Positions 10,274 to 23,246 of a DNA stretch of 38,228 nt are shown in pieces. The stretch spans positions 1 through 38,228 of the forward strand of contig RBZT01000797.1 in the NCBI GenBank assembly GCA_003693705.1, in the 5' to 3' direction. This stretch comes from Polymyxa betae A26-41 (lineage: Eukaryota; Protista; Endomyxa: Phytomyxea). Numbering within the stretch: the stretch's first letter is position 1; the number at the start of each line of letters is the position of its first letter. The notes beneath the pieces are model-generated. The model did no database searches, was not told the DNA's origin, and saw only the letters and a program-made list of their open reading frames with translations. Position numbers and translations under genes: made by a program.

Positions 10274-13200
10274 ATGTCACTATCCACAATCTCCATCACC
10301 AAGCTTCAACGCTCCAACGACTTCCCTCACTGGAAGCGTCGCATGATTGCACTCTTACAAGATAAAGATTACGATGTTAGTATTACATATGATCCACATT
10401 CTTTCGATCCAGTAACAGTAACAAGCACTGAGACGACTGCGGCTGACAAGCTGCGAACCGACATGAAGGCCAGAGGTCTTATTGAGCTGAACGTTTCTGA
10501 CACTGTAATTCCTCATCTGGTCTCGGAGCAAAGTGCTCTTTCATACTGGGTGAAACTCCATGCCATGTTTCAGGCTACATCTCTCTCTGCTATGGTATGT
10601 CGATTTCGCAGCCTCATTACCTGCAGTCAAGACGGCATGCCAATTCAAGAATATATCGGCTGCATTGAACAAAAAGCCCGAGAAATGAAAAGTTGTGGAA
10701 TTTCGTTTGAAGACAAACTCGTCGCTGCTCTTGTTATAGCTAATCTGGACTCCCAGTATGCCACCGTCGCCACCGCTCTGGATTCTCAAGACATCAACAC
10801 TCTCTCGCTCACCAAAATCACATCTGTGTTGCTTAATGAGGAAAGTCGACAACGCCAAGAGGTCATCATTCAACAAGCACAATCGGCTGTCTCCAAACGA
10901 CAGCGCTGTCGCATCCATCCCTACCTCTCACACTCCAATGAACAGTGCTATACCCAAAACCCTCACTTGCGTCCTGCCAACTGGAAGCCCCGGTATTCTT
11001 CAAATAACGATATTAAAGACAAAACGTTTTCTTCTTGTTGAGACTAGAGCGGCAACAGCGATCAATGTCTGGACAAGCAGTCAGTTTAAGAAGTGATCGC
11101 ATTGATGGCCCTGTGGGCTTTTATATAGTAAAATAGGATTAACGCAGATTCATATATATGGAAACTCCGTGGCGGAGTTGTCTTACACCAGTGGGGAGCT
11201 GCCATAGTCGACTGGGTCTCTGTGTGCTATAGCAACTTCGGAGCTTGAGAAGTCCTGTGGTTCGTGGCCATGCACGACTCGAGCCAAGTTACCCTGCGCC
11301 CACTTGACCTGTGACCTGCCTTGGCTTGATGTCTTGACACTTCTTACCACTCTGCATCTTCGTCCACGAGAGAATTTAGAAAGAAGACTAATGAATGGTT
11401 CTTTGACACAGGCTGTTCAGATCATATGGCTTTCCACAAGCCGTCATTGCTGGACCTAACCTCATCGTCTGATCATTGGGATGTTCAACTTGGCGACAAC
11501 TCCGTTATCAAAACTGCAGGACATGGTCACTGTATAATTCCGCTAGGCGATAATCAGCTTTGCTTATCAGACGTGTTACATGTTCCAGGCCTGGGCAAGA
11601 ACCTTAACTCTCCTGGGCAGGCAACCGAACATGGTATCAAGCTCCTGTTATCCGGCAAGTATCTCACAATCTACAGCCAAGAAGGATTTAAAGAACCACA
11701 TGGACAAGTTATAGCTCATATCAAGAAAGGGCCTGACAACATCTACCGAATGAACGCCGAATTTCTCTTTAACATCGAAAAAGCAAACTTCTCCGATTCG
11801 GGTAAACAATGTCGTTCTTTGAGTACATGGCATCGAAGGTTGGCTCATACAAACCTCGAAGACGTCAAACGCCTCTCTCAAAGTGGTGCTCTCGGTACAG
11901 AATTGACCATGGACAAGACAACTCTATGCGAACCATGTGTTCTTGGTAATCTGGCAAGAAAACCATTCAAATTACGTTCTGCAACTTCAAGCACTTTCCC
12001 CGGCGAACTCATTGTCAGCGACGTCATGGGCCCGTTTTCTGCAACGGGAATCGAAGGACATCGATACTTCGTAACATATATCGACTACTTTACCAGATTC
12101 TGCACCGTCGCTCTGATAAAACACAAATCGGAGCAACTCGAGAACCTTAAAGCATTTGAAGCGATGTTCTCCAATAGACATGGGGTATCAATCAAAGAGT
12201 TTCAAACTGACAATGCAGGCGAATATTTTCCATTGAAGGAAAGACATGGATGCAGTTGAAAGGCATCCACCATCGTACAACTGTTCCTGGCGACTCCGAG
12301 TCGAATGGGCTTGCCGAGCGGATGAATCGGACACTAACAGACATGGCCCTGAGCATGATTGCACAAGCTGGTCTTCGTCAATCATACTTTCCATGGGCTA
12401 TCAACGCTGCTGCACACATCTACAACCGCCGGCCCCATTCATCACTTCCAAAACGCATTACACCATATCAAGCGCTATTGAAGCAAGTCCCAAAACTTCA
12501 TTGCCTGCGTACATTCGGATGCAATGCCTATCGTCACATTCATGACCATCAACGGAAGAAGCTGGATTTCCGGGCTCATAAAGTTGTCCCTATCGGATAC
12601 GCAAACTCCCAAAAGGCATATCTGTTATACGACCCGGACTCGAAGAAGAAATTTGTTGGCAGGGATGTGGCGTTCGACGAAGACCACTTTGATTTTGCAC
12701 TTTAAAGCTCTTGATCCACATTCAGCGAACAATCAAAACCTCACATTCCGCTCCATAGTCACCGGCACACCTGATGCATCAAACCTCCAGCAGTTGATGG
12801 AGCCTTAATCAGCTGGCAATAACAGAGCATCAACCAAATCTTCGCAGGAGTCAGAGAGAGCGCCGTCCCCCACAAGAATTTTGGAAAGCTACAAGTACAA
12901 ATCAAGCAAATCTAACATGCTCAATCAGCAAAGACAAACTGTCAAGGCCCGACATTCAGACGCTCAAAATTTCGCAAGATAAAGTGCCTTCGTCTGTCCC
13001 AGAAGCTTTATCATCAGCATGTGCTGGCCATTGGTATGATGTTACGGCTAAAGAAATGCAGCAATTAGAGGCCTTCAGCACATGGAAAACCTCGAACAAC
13101 TTCCCCCAGGAAGAAAAGCAATATCGTGCAAACGGGTTTTTAATATCAAGCCGAACCAGACCGGAGACGGATCAATACGAAAATTCAAGGCCAGGCTGGT

Positions 13201-14566
13201 GGTCAAGGGCTTCTCCCAACGGACAGGAATAGATTATGTTGAAACGTTTGCCCTGTCGCACACCAGCAATCATTTCGCGTTTTGCTCGCACTTGCTGCTC
13301 AACATGGCCTCTCTTTGCACCAAATTGATATCGTTGGTGCTTTTCTCAAGGGTGAAATTGAAGAAGAAAGTTACATGAATCAACCCGACCAATTTATTGT
13401 TCCCGGCCATGAACGTGCAGTTTGCAAGCTCGACAACGCTCTGTATGGACTGAAGCAAGCTGGTATGATATGGAACCGGCAACTGGACAACTTCCTTGTC
13501 AACGACCTTAAGTTTCGACGAGCGGTATCCGACCCATGCATCTACGCTCTCAGACAAAAAGACTGCATTGTCCTGTTAGGAGTCCACGTTGATGATATTT
13601 TGCTCGCCTACAACAGTAATGATCTTTGTCAGTCAATAATTCATCAATTCTCGCTGAAATGGGAGGTTTCTGATCTTGGCGACCCGTCAAGGATCTTGGG
13701 AGTACACATCCATTGTGAGAAAACCAATGGCACCATCTTCATCAACCTGACGGAGTACATTGAAGAGCTCTTCGCAAGGTTCAGGATGACTGATTGCAAA
13801 CCATTTGAGACACCACACCAACCCGGAGAGTACCTGACTACCTCAATGTCTCCCAGTACTGCAGAAGAAAAGATAGAGATGCAATCTGTTCCGGACGCTG
13901 AACTGGTCGGAAGTCTAAATTGGATATGAACTAACACCCGTCCTGATATAACCACTTCTGTTGGGATCCTATATCGATTCATCAGTAATCCAGGACGTCA
14001 ACATTGGAAAGCAGCCCAAAGGGTCTTACAGTATTTATCTGGAACTAAATCGTGGGGGATAACATTCACCAAACAATCTGGCCAAGAACAACTCCATGCC
14101 TACTCTGATGGTGACTGGGCAGGAGATTTAAACACACGCTGCTCCACGACAGGCTATATCTTCATGCTTGAGGGTGGTCCTGTAGCATGGAAATCAAAGT
14201 TGCAATCCTCAACCAGCATATCGTCCGTGGAAGCCGAATATGTTGCCTTATGTGCAACAGCTCGCGAGGCTACCTGGTTACGGCAGCTTCCATTGAAATT
14301 GGATTTTCACCGAATGGACCCACATTGATTGCGGAAGACAACAAAGGATGCATTGCAGTCAAGAGCAACAACAGAACCAGCAGTCGAACGAAACATATAG
14401 ATGTTAAATACCATTATGTTCGAGAACAAATCAGGAAAGGCCAAGTTCAAGTTCATTACGTTCCGACAGAAAGAATGATCGCAGATATGTTGACAAAGCC
14501 TACGATAACCTCCAAGTTTAAACTTTGCATGAAGGAGATCGTTAAATCCCCGGATATCAGCTTGAG
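10274..14566 (+). pseudogene. gag-pol: Copia gag-pol polyprotein, interrupted by solo LTR C and several frameshifts/stops
   Basis: Gag KLQRSNDFPHWKRRM; PR WFFDTGCSDHM; IN WHRRLAH..CEPC, SDVMGP, TDNAGEY, NGLAERMNRT; RT KARLVVKGFSQ, LYGLKQA, HVDDIL; RNaseH YSDGDWAG, EAEYV, EDNKG, KHID, ADMLTK. Confidence 0.95.
11036..11339 (-). mobile_element. Solo LTR family C, inserted antisense into copia gag
   Basis: TGTTGAG...CTTGACA with TSD CTTCT (11031-35 / 11340-44). Removing it restores the frame KTFSSYHSASSSTREFRKKTNEWFFDTG. Homologous to 20336-20644. Confidence 0.93.
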
Positions 14567-14835
14567 TGTTGAATTCCAACCTGCTACCCTGGTCGTGGAC
14601 CCTGGGGCGACGCATGGCCACACACAACAGACAGCGCAACCCTGCATATCGTCCACAGTGACACAGTGACGCCAACAGTGCCAACAGTTTGCATGGTAAG
14701 TCCGTGGCGGAGGTTTCCATATATAATGGCCATCGAGCCCATAATACATTCATTCATCAATTTACTCTCTTCCTGTAACGTCTTCCTTTCTATCTTTCGA
14801 TTAATACCGGGGTCCTTCAGCCCTGCTGTCAAACA
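14567..14835 (+). repeat. Copia 3' LTR (family A)
   Basis: TGTTGAATTCC...GCTGTCAAACA followed by the TSD TGAAC. Confidence 0.95.
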
Positions 14836-16384
14836 TGAACAAGGGAGAACGGGCTGACACAGTGGAGGGTGGCAATCACACTTGTAGGAGGAAAGTCCGC
14901 CGCGGAGTTTTGACACTATATGGAAGTCCCCTAGTATACTTGATCCTATATAATTCTCATTTCATAATGATACAGCTCATTTTGTTATTGGTTGTCTAAC
15001 CTCAGGATCATTACTCGTAGTTTAAGTCGGACGACAAGTCGTCTTCAGACTTTTAACAGTACATTGGCTAAGCAATACTAAGGCCAGTTCCCCGGATCGT
15101 GTTAATACCGTCCGGAAGATCATAGCCCAGCTCACATGGAACTGTTCCGCTGTACGATCTGCTCCTTCACAGAAACGGCAGGCGAGGTCGTCTGCGTCTA
15201 ACCCAGCTTCTGTATCATCCAATGCGTGTCGAATCAAGCGTCACGAACTGAAGCAGTGCGAACTTCATGGTAAGGGTGGTCATTCTTCACTCGAATGCCG
15301 AGCCTTGGCTTCCCAGTTGGTAACACGTCTTCAAAAGCACAATCATTGTCATCCCCGATTTCTGTAACCATTTCGACTCTTGCAAAAGGTACGAACGTTT
15401 CCAGATGTTTGCTATCCAATTTTAAGTGCCACCGTTGCCACGCGATCGGCCACATCGCGTCGCTCTGCCCAAATCCATTACCAGCAGCCGCCAGGAATCG
15501 GACGACTGCGGTCCCAACAATCAATCAAACCCGCGGAGGTCGAGACGGGCGAAGGCTATGATCAGCTCTTTTCATAGTCGGCCAGCACTCACTGCAATGA
15601 ATCCTGCTTCGACTGGTGGACTGTGCTCGACGCTGCCCGTCGTGTCGACGATTCAACCGCCATTTTATGTCTATACTTCTCGACGGTATCAAATTGATGG
15701 ATATGTGGACACTGGTGCTTCCCATTCAACTTTTGGCAATGCTCTCTTTCAGAAAATCTCTGATTCGGTGCGAAGTTCTTTCCAAGATGCAGCCCCGGGC
15801 GAAATGATCTCGCAGGGCGCTAAAGGCCGGTCCATGCGGCGGCCATGCAAAGCAGGCCGTCGTTTTGGTCCGAAATAAAGACATGTCGTTCAGCTACATG
15901 TTCGAAATCTGCGACCGCCGTCCGGAAACTCGGTCATCACTGGAATGGATTTGCAACGCTTACTTCAAATCGTTATAACGGGTCTCTGTCGGCCAGATGC
16001 CAAGCAGCAGCCGTCCGATGCCGTAGAAAACTCTCTCCTTCCGCGATTCGATGTTGATGATGGCCCTTCGAATCCGCAGATCCACGATCCAAGCTTGCCG
16101 GCCGCTCTCGCCCGCAATCAAGCCATCTTCATTAATAGCTTTTGCACGCTACCTGAAGCTGTCGTAGAGCTCGATACAGGTGACCACGAGCCAGGATACC
16201 GTCGCCAGTATCCCATCGCACTGGCCATCGATCCCGTACAAAACCAGCAGGTCCAAGAGTGTTGCGATAACGGCAGGGTTGTTGAATCCCCGCGAAGCTG
16301 ACGATGGAACCTTCCTCTATTGGTGGCTTTAAAGACGATCCGGAGACAGGCTAAAATATACCGGGACGGGCCTCGGGGCTTAAG

Positions 16385-16830
16385 TCTATTAAGAGGTCTT
16401 CTGATATCACCCCTTTCAGGCGATTATGCATTGCTGAGATCGATACATGAAAAGCATGTGCCAGATCGCGTGGAACAGTAGGTTGCTCCAATGGGATTTC
16501 CTCGAGCTTTTTGAGGTCCAGTGCCTTATTTTTTCTTCCAACCCGCCCTCTTTTTCATGAAGTCAATTCTACAGCTGATGCAATAATTCGTGAAAGTTTA
16601 TATCGGCTCCAAATTCTTTGAACTGCTGCGTATGATTTGTTGAAAAGAATGGATGCAGTCTTAAGTGAGCCTTGTTTTAGCTTTCGGTCATTACTTTTTG
16701 CCATTATAACATCCAGAATTTGTCTTAGTTCGTTTTTTGACAGAATTCGTTTTGCTATCTCATTCGGGCTCTGGACGGGCTGCTGAACTATCGCGCAATG
16801 GGCAATCGTGCTCGCGATTTTCAACGAAAT
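16385..16830 (-). pseudogene. Tc1/mariner transposase N-terminal fragment (plant/oomycete mariner-like)
   Basis: LSKNELRQILDVIMAKSNDRKLKQGSLKTASILFNKSYAAVQRIWSR...KRGRVGRK...LEEIPL resembles the HTH and GRK/IP motifs of these mariners. The catalytic domain is absent. Confidence 0.7.
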
Positions 16831-18721
16831 CTGTGGTCTACAGTGCCGTCGATGGCCTCAGTGGCTGACGATTCCCAGATACTGGTCTAAACTGTTGGTC
16901 AGCGGCCAGACACATTGTTAACAGGCGATCGCAGAGAGCTCCATCGTCGATGCCGCAATCGACCATTCTAAAGGCTGACAAATGAGGACTGTGACACAAA
17001 CGATGTGGGACATTACGACTTCAATATTTTGTAAAGGGTTTTGTAGCTGGATATAGGTTTGATAACAAGATAGGCAGAATAGATGGGCATGTACGAATAA
17101 AACTTACATTTCTGCAAAGCTTATAATAAGAGCAGCCCGGTTGTAAAAAATTTGGGTTACTGTTGTTCGAATCTGAGGGTATTGTATGTAATTCGGATTG
17201 ATTCGAATGAAGCTGTGGCTAAGGTACCGCAATCTCTCGTGTAACTCAATACACGGCCTTTTGTTGTGACTTCACTTAATTGTAGTTTATTAATAAAGAT
17301 GGTAATGCAGCAAACCTGCGGGATTAGTCAATTATGGGACCTTCAACTTGATGCGCACTCCCTGGATTGATCTTGCTCTTTGATCTCTCCTGACGAACTG
17401 TTTCTAAGTGATTTAACAGCACTTCGGATTTCAACAACTCTAGAATGCTTTCCCAAATTTATCACATATTTCCGAGCAGAGGAAGTATATGGATTTTCAC
17501 TTTGTAATTGTCTTAACAATTTTTTAGAGCCGGGATTTAGACAACCTTTGGGGAGGCGTGTCGTCGAGCAGATTCGACGCGCTCAGGCTCTCAAGTTATC
17601 CGGCGGCTTTTATGACAACGACGACCTAACCGCTTGAGCATGGCCTACAACGTCATCAGCTGATGATGCTGGGGGTGCAACTGAATAGGCGCATCCAGCT
17701 CCTGCTAGTTAATCTATAGAACGGAGCCGCCTCTCGACAGAAACCTTCTCTGCAGACGCGCAGCACGTGTTACGAAGCGCCATCATCTCAGTCGGAGAAT
17801 AGACCCATTTCACAAGTACTTCTGCTATCTGATGCTTTGTGGCCCATTGACACACAAATCCGAAGTAAGTTAGTGAAATGCAGAATTTGGATATAGAGCT
17901 GATCAAATTCAAAGGACCAAGTATTGTTCATTCCACAAACAGCGGTGCGTGGCATCCTTGGCAATTCATCAACATAAACTTTCAGAGCTGTTGAAATCAC
18001 AAGACGAAGATGAAATATTTGTCAATCCTGCAATTACATCTCAAGCTCTAAGAGCGATTATGTTTAACGAGGCGCTGAATTGTCCTGAAATTCCCAGCAA
18101 CGCCCATGCTTTCGACGGCTGGGAAGACCAAAACCCATTGCAGACAGGACCGCAAAAGCATTATGATATTAAATAAGATCTCGAGGAAGTACACAAGATG
18201 GCAACACGACCATTCAAAAACAGGAACGGTCGCTTTTGGGGGACAATATACACGTTTATGTTTCCTGACAGAATACCAAAATGATGATCCGGAGATGAAG
18301 ATCTACAATCTTGCAGGATTTTGATTGCATCCAAAAGCAAATTTATTGATCCATGTATGGCTGTTGTTGCCATCATATATGCTAAAGGCATGAGCGATGA
18401 GCTGGGTGAATCAAATTCATTGTTTCAACATTTAAACGAATAATGGTGGAATCGGAGTGCAGCACCGATGAAACTGCTTTATTGAAGAAAAGACTGTTAC
18501 TTTGTTCATTGCGGGATCATGCCGAGTGTTGCCAGACGAAGCTCTGGCGGAAACAGGATTAGGTATTTCGCTATTAGAGACAATTCGGAAAGACTTGTTT
18601 GAGTTTAAGTTTCCACCCCGTGACAATGACTGACACTCAACGGTAATAAAACGAGAATTCGGTGACTGGATGGTTTTGAGTTTCAATTTCGCTATTGGTA
18701 CCGCTATCCTCGTACGATCCC

Positions 18722-20055
18722 ATGTTGCCCGCGATATCGGAAAATGAGGCAATAATGTTTATTATCTCAATATTCGCTGCTACCGGTTCCGGTATATCCG
18801 AGTTCCTCGACATCATGAACTACATTTTGCAGCACGGCTACTTGCGATTACGTCATCGTAATCCAACTATGATTAACTACCGGAGCTGTTTCAACGAAGA
18901 TTTGGACGATGTTACCGCTAGGCACATGTTCAGGTGACGCTAATACACACAGCTGCAACCACCGAACTGGGGTTAACTCACTTCGGTTAACGCCGTTCTT
19001 GAATCAACTTCTGTCTGCTCGCCTACTTTCGTTCTTGTGTATCTGTTCTTCCCATAGGTTTCGAGTTTTCTCTCTTAGTTCTCCTTTACTACCAGCTGGT
19101 CCATAACAGTAATTCCACAACTTCGACAGTTGAAAGTCGCTCTGCTGCCGAACGTAATTATAACTAACGCACAGGACGCTGTCCCTGCTTTAGAATCTTT
19201 AGCATTGTATGTCGTCGTCTGGCGGAGCCTAACTGTCTGGTTACTGTCGCAAACGAGTTCGATAGGTCTCCCTGGGCATGTTTAAGTGTCATCGATGCTA
19301 CCGTCAACATTTTATACGAAACGCATCGCGATCTCCTATTCTTCAATGAGTATTTAGCGACGCAAAAGATTGAAGAATACTACAATGCCATTTCTAGGCA
19401 GGGCGCTCCACTCCGCACTTGCTGGGCTTTCGTAGATGGTACCAAGCAGATTATCGCAAGGCCTCCTGCCAGACGATGTTCCGGTCCTTATGAAAATCTG
19501 CAGCGATCCGTTTTCAGTGGGCACACTCGCCGACACTGTTTAAACTGGCAGGCTAACATTACCTCGATGGCATCATCATCAGTATATTCCGTCCCATCGA
19601 GGGCAGACTGCATGATTCGACTCTGTTAGCGATGAGTGGAATTGTCCAGAAATTAAGGAATCATCCTTCCGCAAATTTTCGACGGCAAGATAATCTATGG
19701 GTCCTGCATATAGCTGTTTGGACTACATATGGTGTCCATTTACGATGTCTGAGCCTGAATCACCTGAGGCATCATTTAACTCTGCCATGAGCTCAGTTCG
19801 TGAAGGCGTCGAGTGGAGTTTTGGACGTTTGAACAATTTCGGTCGTTCTTGCAATTTGACAAGCGACAGAAAATGCGCCAAATTCCAGTTGCTAAGAAGT
19901 GGCTGGTGGCGATATTATTGAAACACTGTCATTGGGGCCTACAGCCGCAGGGCAATCAGATGTATTTCCAAACCCCTCCACCAAGTGTGAGCCAATACCA
20001 CCGGAGCGCAGAAAACCTGCCTTTGCATGCTCCTGCAGGTGTCTGCCAGCAATAG
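18722..20055 (+). pseudogene. Harbinger (DDE_Tnp_4) transposase, frameshifted, with intron 18934-19057
   Basis: CRRLAEP, GAPLRTCWAFVDGTKQIIARP, QRSVFSGH..RHCL, DGII..PIEGRLHD, (D)PAY, FNSAMSSVREGVEWSFG, NQ..YFQTPPPS. Confidence 0.9.
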
Positions 20056-20335
20056 AGCTGCAAAAACCTGCGTATGGGTTTGGCCCCTGCGTTTTACCAG
20101 CGTTATAATAAACTGTCCACATTTTTTGATATGGAAGCTGTGAAATCTGCGTTAGTTTGAAATTGAACCAGTATTTACATGCGTTCTTCAGTTTCCAATC
20201 TTTGAACTGTCAATGGTGTCAAAAAAAATATAACTATTAGTTTTTGATACTTCAGCTATAATCAGAGAAAGGTGATTAATATTTTCTATTGATAGTGACA
20301 ATCATAGAAACAAACAGTCGTCATAGTCTTATTAT

Positions 20336-20715
20336 CGTTGAGACTAGAGAGGCAACAGCGATCAATGTCTGGACAAGCAGTCAGTTTAAGAAGTGATTGT
20401 ATTGATGGCCCGGTGGGCTGTTATATAGTAAAATAAGATTAACGCAGATTCATATACATGGAAATTCCGTGGCGGAGTTGTCGTACACCAGTGGGGAGCT
20501 GCCATAGTCGACTGGGTCTGTGTGTGCTATAGAAACTCCGTTTCGATCTTGAGAAGTCCTGTGGTTCATGGCCATGCACGACTCGAGCCAAGTTCCCGTG
20601 CGCCCACTTGATGTGTACACCTGCCTTGGCTTGATGTCTTGACACGCCCCCTCGAACAGATGTTGGTAACATCGGATCGGAGATATCCTTGACTCCCATT
20701 TGGTCACGACACCAC
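20336..20715 (-). mobile_element. 3' end of a copia-like element: LTR family C (20336-20644), PPT and short internal tail
   Basis: LTR homologous to 11036-11339. On the minus strand GAGGGGGCG (PPT) directly precedes TGTCAAGAC, preceded by RDQMGV, which resembles a copia RNaseH tail. Confidence 0.8.
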
Positions 20716-21247
20716 CTAAAATCTGCTGTCGATCGTCGTGATTGGTTCGCTATCTGTCTGGCTCCATGGTTCTGTTATTCTTGCTGTTTCTAGCTCCAAC
20801 TGTGTTCTCCGAGTTTCGTTGTCACTTATTGCTTGCGTTGATGTAGGGATGTCTCCAGCTGGCGCTCGGTGGAGCCGAGTCTGTCTTGAAGCTCCCAACA
20901 TCTTCCTCTTTACGCGATAGCTATGCATGAATGTTTTGCTTTCCACTCTCAATTTTATGTAATGTAAGAATGTTTTGTTTTCCCATTTCTAAATTCCTTT
21001 GTTGGTGTTTAATGTTAATTCGATTTGTGGGTTTGCGAATATGTGTTGTTTTATTATGTAATATATTAATCATGTCCGTTAATTGGCCGGATTTTGAACG
21101 TCTAAAATTGCGCACTCGCCTGACTTTGCCTCAGTCCGTTAATTCTTGGTCAAAGTACAAAGTTTGGCCAATTTGTTTTGCGGGTGTAGTTTGGTAGGGG
21201 ATGTAGGGGTTATCAACTCTGTTCTGTGTTCACCTATCGAATGCGAC

Positions 21248-22389
21248 ATGGATTTTACTACATCCATGGATTTTCTAGACTTTTCGGAGGTGGAGTTGGC
21301 GGCCATTGGCGCTGTTGCCATCGCCTCCTTCAACACCTGGTATCTATTCGACGACGACGAACTGAGTGAGCAGGATCAAACGTTTGTAATTCCATCGATT
21401 GGCGTTCGAGATCAGCTTGCTATCTTGATGCAATCTCCTTCTTTATTCAAGATGCTTACCAATTTTACTATCGAAGAATTCGAGGAGCTGTGCAGTGCAG
21501 TCTGTTCATTGACTGCAAATACTGCTCGAACAACTGGCGCCCCCAAATCGATTTTCGGTCTGTCACCGAAGCTCTCTCCTGAGCAACGGGTTCTACACCT
21601 GGTATTTTACCTAAAACATGACAACATCGTTCGTTTTGATTCATTGAATTGGAATTGGTCAAAGTCATCTGCTTGTGATGATGCCATTTTTGTCGCTGCT
21701 GTGTCAATGAGGCTCTGAAGCATGAGCTTCAATGGCCAAATGCCAATGAACGTCGTCATGCCGTAGCCCAATTTCTTCCAGATTTTCGTGGCTGCTTCGG
21801 GTTTATCGATGGTACTCTAATCGAGATCCCTCGTCCATCGGCAGAGGTTCGTGCCGATCGCCAGAGACTTTGGTATAACGGCCGTAAGTCGATGTATTGC
21901 TTCAACAATACTGTCGCTGTTGACCACAACGGGCTGTTCATCTACATCGACCCTGGCTATCCAGGATCTTTTCATGATGTCAGTTGCTTGAGGCAGTCTG
22001 ACCTTAACAAAGATTGGCGTCGCTATTTTGCTCATACAGATGAGTACTTTGAATACCTCCTTGGCGATCCTGGCTACGTCGGCGACGATATGTTTATCAT
22101 GCTTCGAATCGGGAGACGAGAAACTGTTGAAGGCGGTGAAATTTCTGTGATTGATGCTTTTAACACGATGCACGCGCAATATCGAGTTCAAGTTGAGTGG
22201 GGAATAGCAGGCCTCAAACGAAAATGGCGTCGGTTGATGAAAAAAATCGATGTGAAGCACGAAAAATTCCAACATCTGTTTCGTGCAGCTGCAATCATGA
22301 CTAATTTTCTGCAACGACGCCGAAATGACATGAACGCAGATAGCGGTGTAGAAAGAAACACGGAAGGTGGATGGGAAGGCGATTTCTGA
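21248..22389 (+). pseudogene. DDE_Tnp_4-type transposase with a single frameshift near 21700
   Basis: LTNFTIEEFEEL, LSPEQRVLHLVFYLKH (HTH-like), WP, GCFGFIDGTLIEIPRP, YNGRK, PGSFHD, LLGDPGY, RVQVEWGIAGLKRKW; the D-D-E triad is intact. Confidence 0.9.
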
Positions 22390-22403
22390 TCAGTTTAATC
22401 ATT

Positions 22404-23246
22404 TCACAACAATAAACCTTTTGCCTTCTCTAGAAATTCTGCCTCAGAAATCAAACCGATTTCTCGGGCCTTCTGGAGGTTTTGAAACTTGGCACTATTT
22501 GCCTGAACAAGAAGAGCTTCCTCTTGAAGCTTACTAAGCTTCTCACGAAGCTCGACGCTCTTACGAAGGTCTGCTGAAATATCAGCTATCGAAGACGCCT
22601 GTTGCTGGAGACAGTAAGCCTTTGATAGCTTCGCTGGTTTCTTCTCAGCCACTTCACTCTCTGTCTCGCATGGTGTATGTAGCCTTCTGTTCTTTTGCCT
22701 GCGGTACCCTTTCGCTCAGGAGAGAATAGTTTCGGGCACGATCAGCCAGAATATTTCGACTGGCGTGGCGATCACCTTGACGTATCTGCTCCAATACATC
22801 GGCAGGTTGAAGAAGAACCTTTCCAGAAAGGTCGTCTGCACCCCCAATTTTCAGCGGCTCTTTCTCCTTTCGAACGTGGGTTCAGAGGCTCTTCTGAGAT
22901 TGTGCAGTTCGGGAAATGCAATTTATAATCGGCGTAGACCTAACAGTTTTTTATGTATTCATATGATAAAGGAAAGACATCATGATCTCACATTAGTCCA
23001 AACATCTGCAGGCAGCAGCTGAGGGCCAGATTTTTTTCGACCTTTGGACCAGGCGGCGTAATGGTTGGTATGAGAAGCCATGAGCACGCTCAGCTTCTCC
23101 GACGTCACTGTTTGACGCACGGCTACAGAAAGCTTAGCCTTCTCTGCAGCAGGCGGCGCAGCTATCTGTAAATCCAAAACGTCATGATCGCTGGTGACTT
23201 CAGACTGGGAGCTTGGCAATCCACTGTCGCTGGAAGTATCCGACAT
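22404..23246 (-). pseudogene. Transposon partner protein: Myb/SANT-like N-terminal part, coiled coil and SHOCT-like C-terminus
   Basis: Exon 1 (23246-22992) plus intron 22940-22991 (GTGAGA..TTAG) gives VWTN|VYADYKLHFP. The C-terminus reads LQKAREIGLISEAEFLEKAKGLLL. The middle is frameshifted or deleted. Confidence 0.6.

Larger units (their letters stand above)
9928..14835 (+). mobile_element. Full-length, degenerate Ty1/copia LTR retrotransposon
   Basis: Two TG..CA LTRs, 5-bp TSD TGAAC (9923-27 / 14836-40), and domain order gag-PR-IN-RT-RNaseH. Confidence 0.97.
9818..15058 (+). mobile_element. Solo LTR family B, split by the copia insertion into 9818-9927 and 14841-15058
   Basis: TGTTGG...TTAACA flanked by the 5-bp TSD GTACA (9813-17 / 15059-63). 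The rejoined halves are colinear with the intact inverted copy at 25686-26012. Confidence 0.9.
8944..16385 (+). mobile_element. Truncated Ty3/gypsy retrotransposon (host of the LTR nest)
   Basis: Gag CCHC knuckle CHRCHAIGHIASLC (~15427), protease YVDTGASHS (~15700) and RT start ARNQAI..SFCTLPEAVVELDTGDHEPGYRRQYPI...WNLPLL (16110-16330). The sequence is continuous across the GTACA TSD. The 5' boundary is uncertain. Confidence 0.75.
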
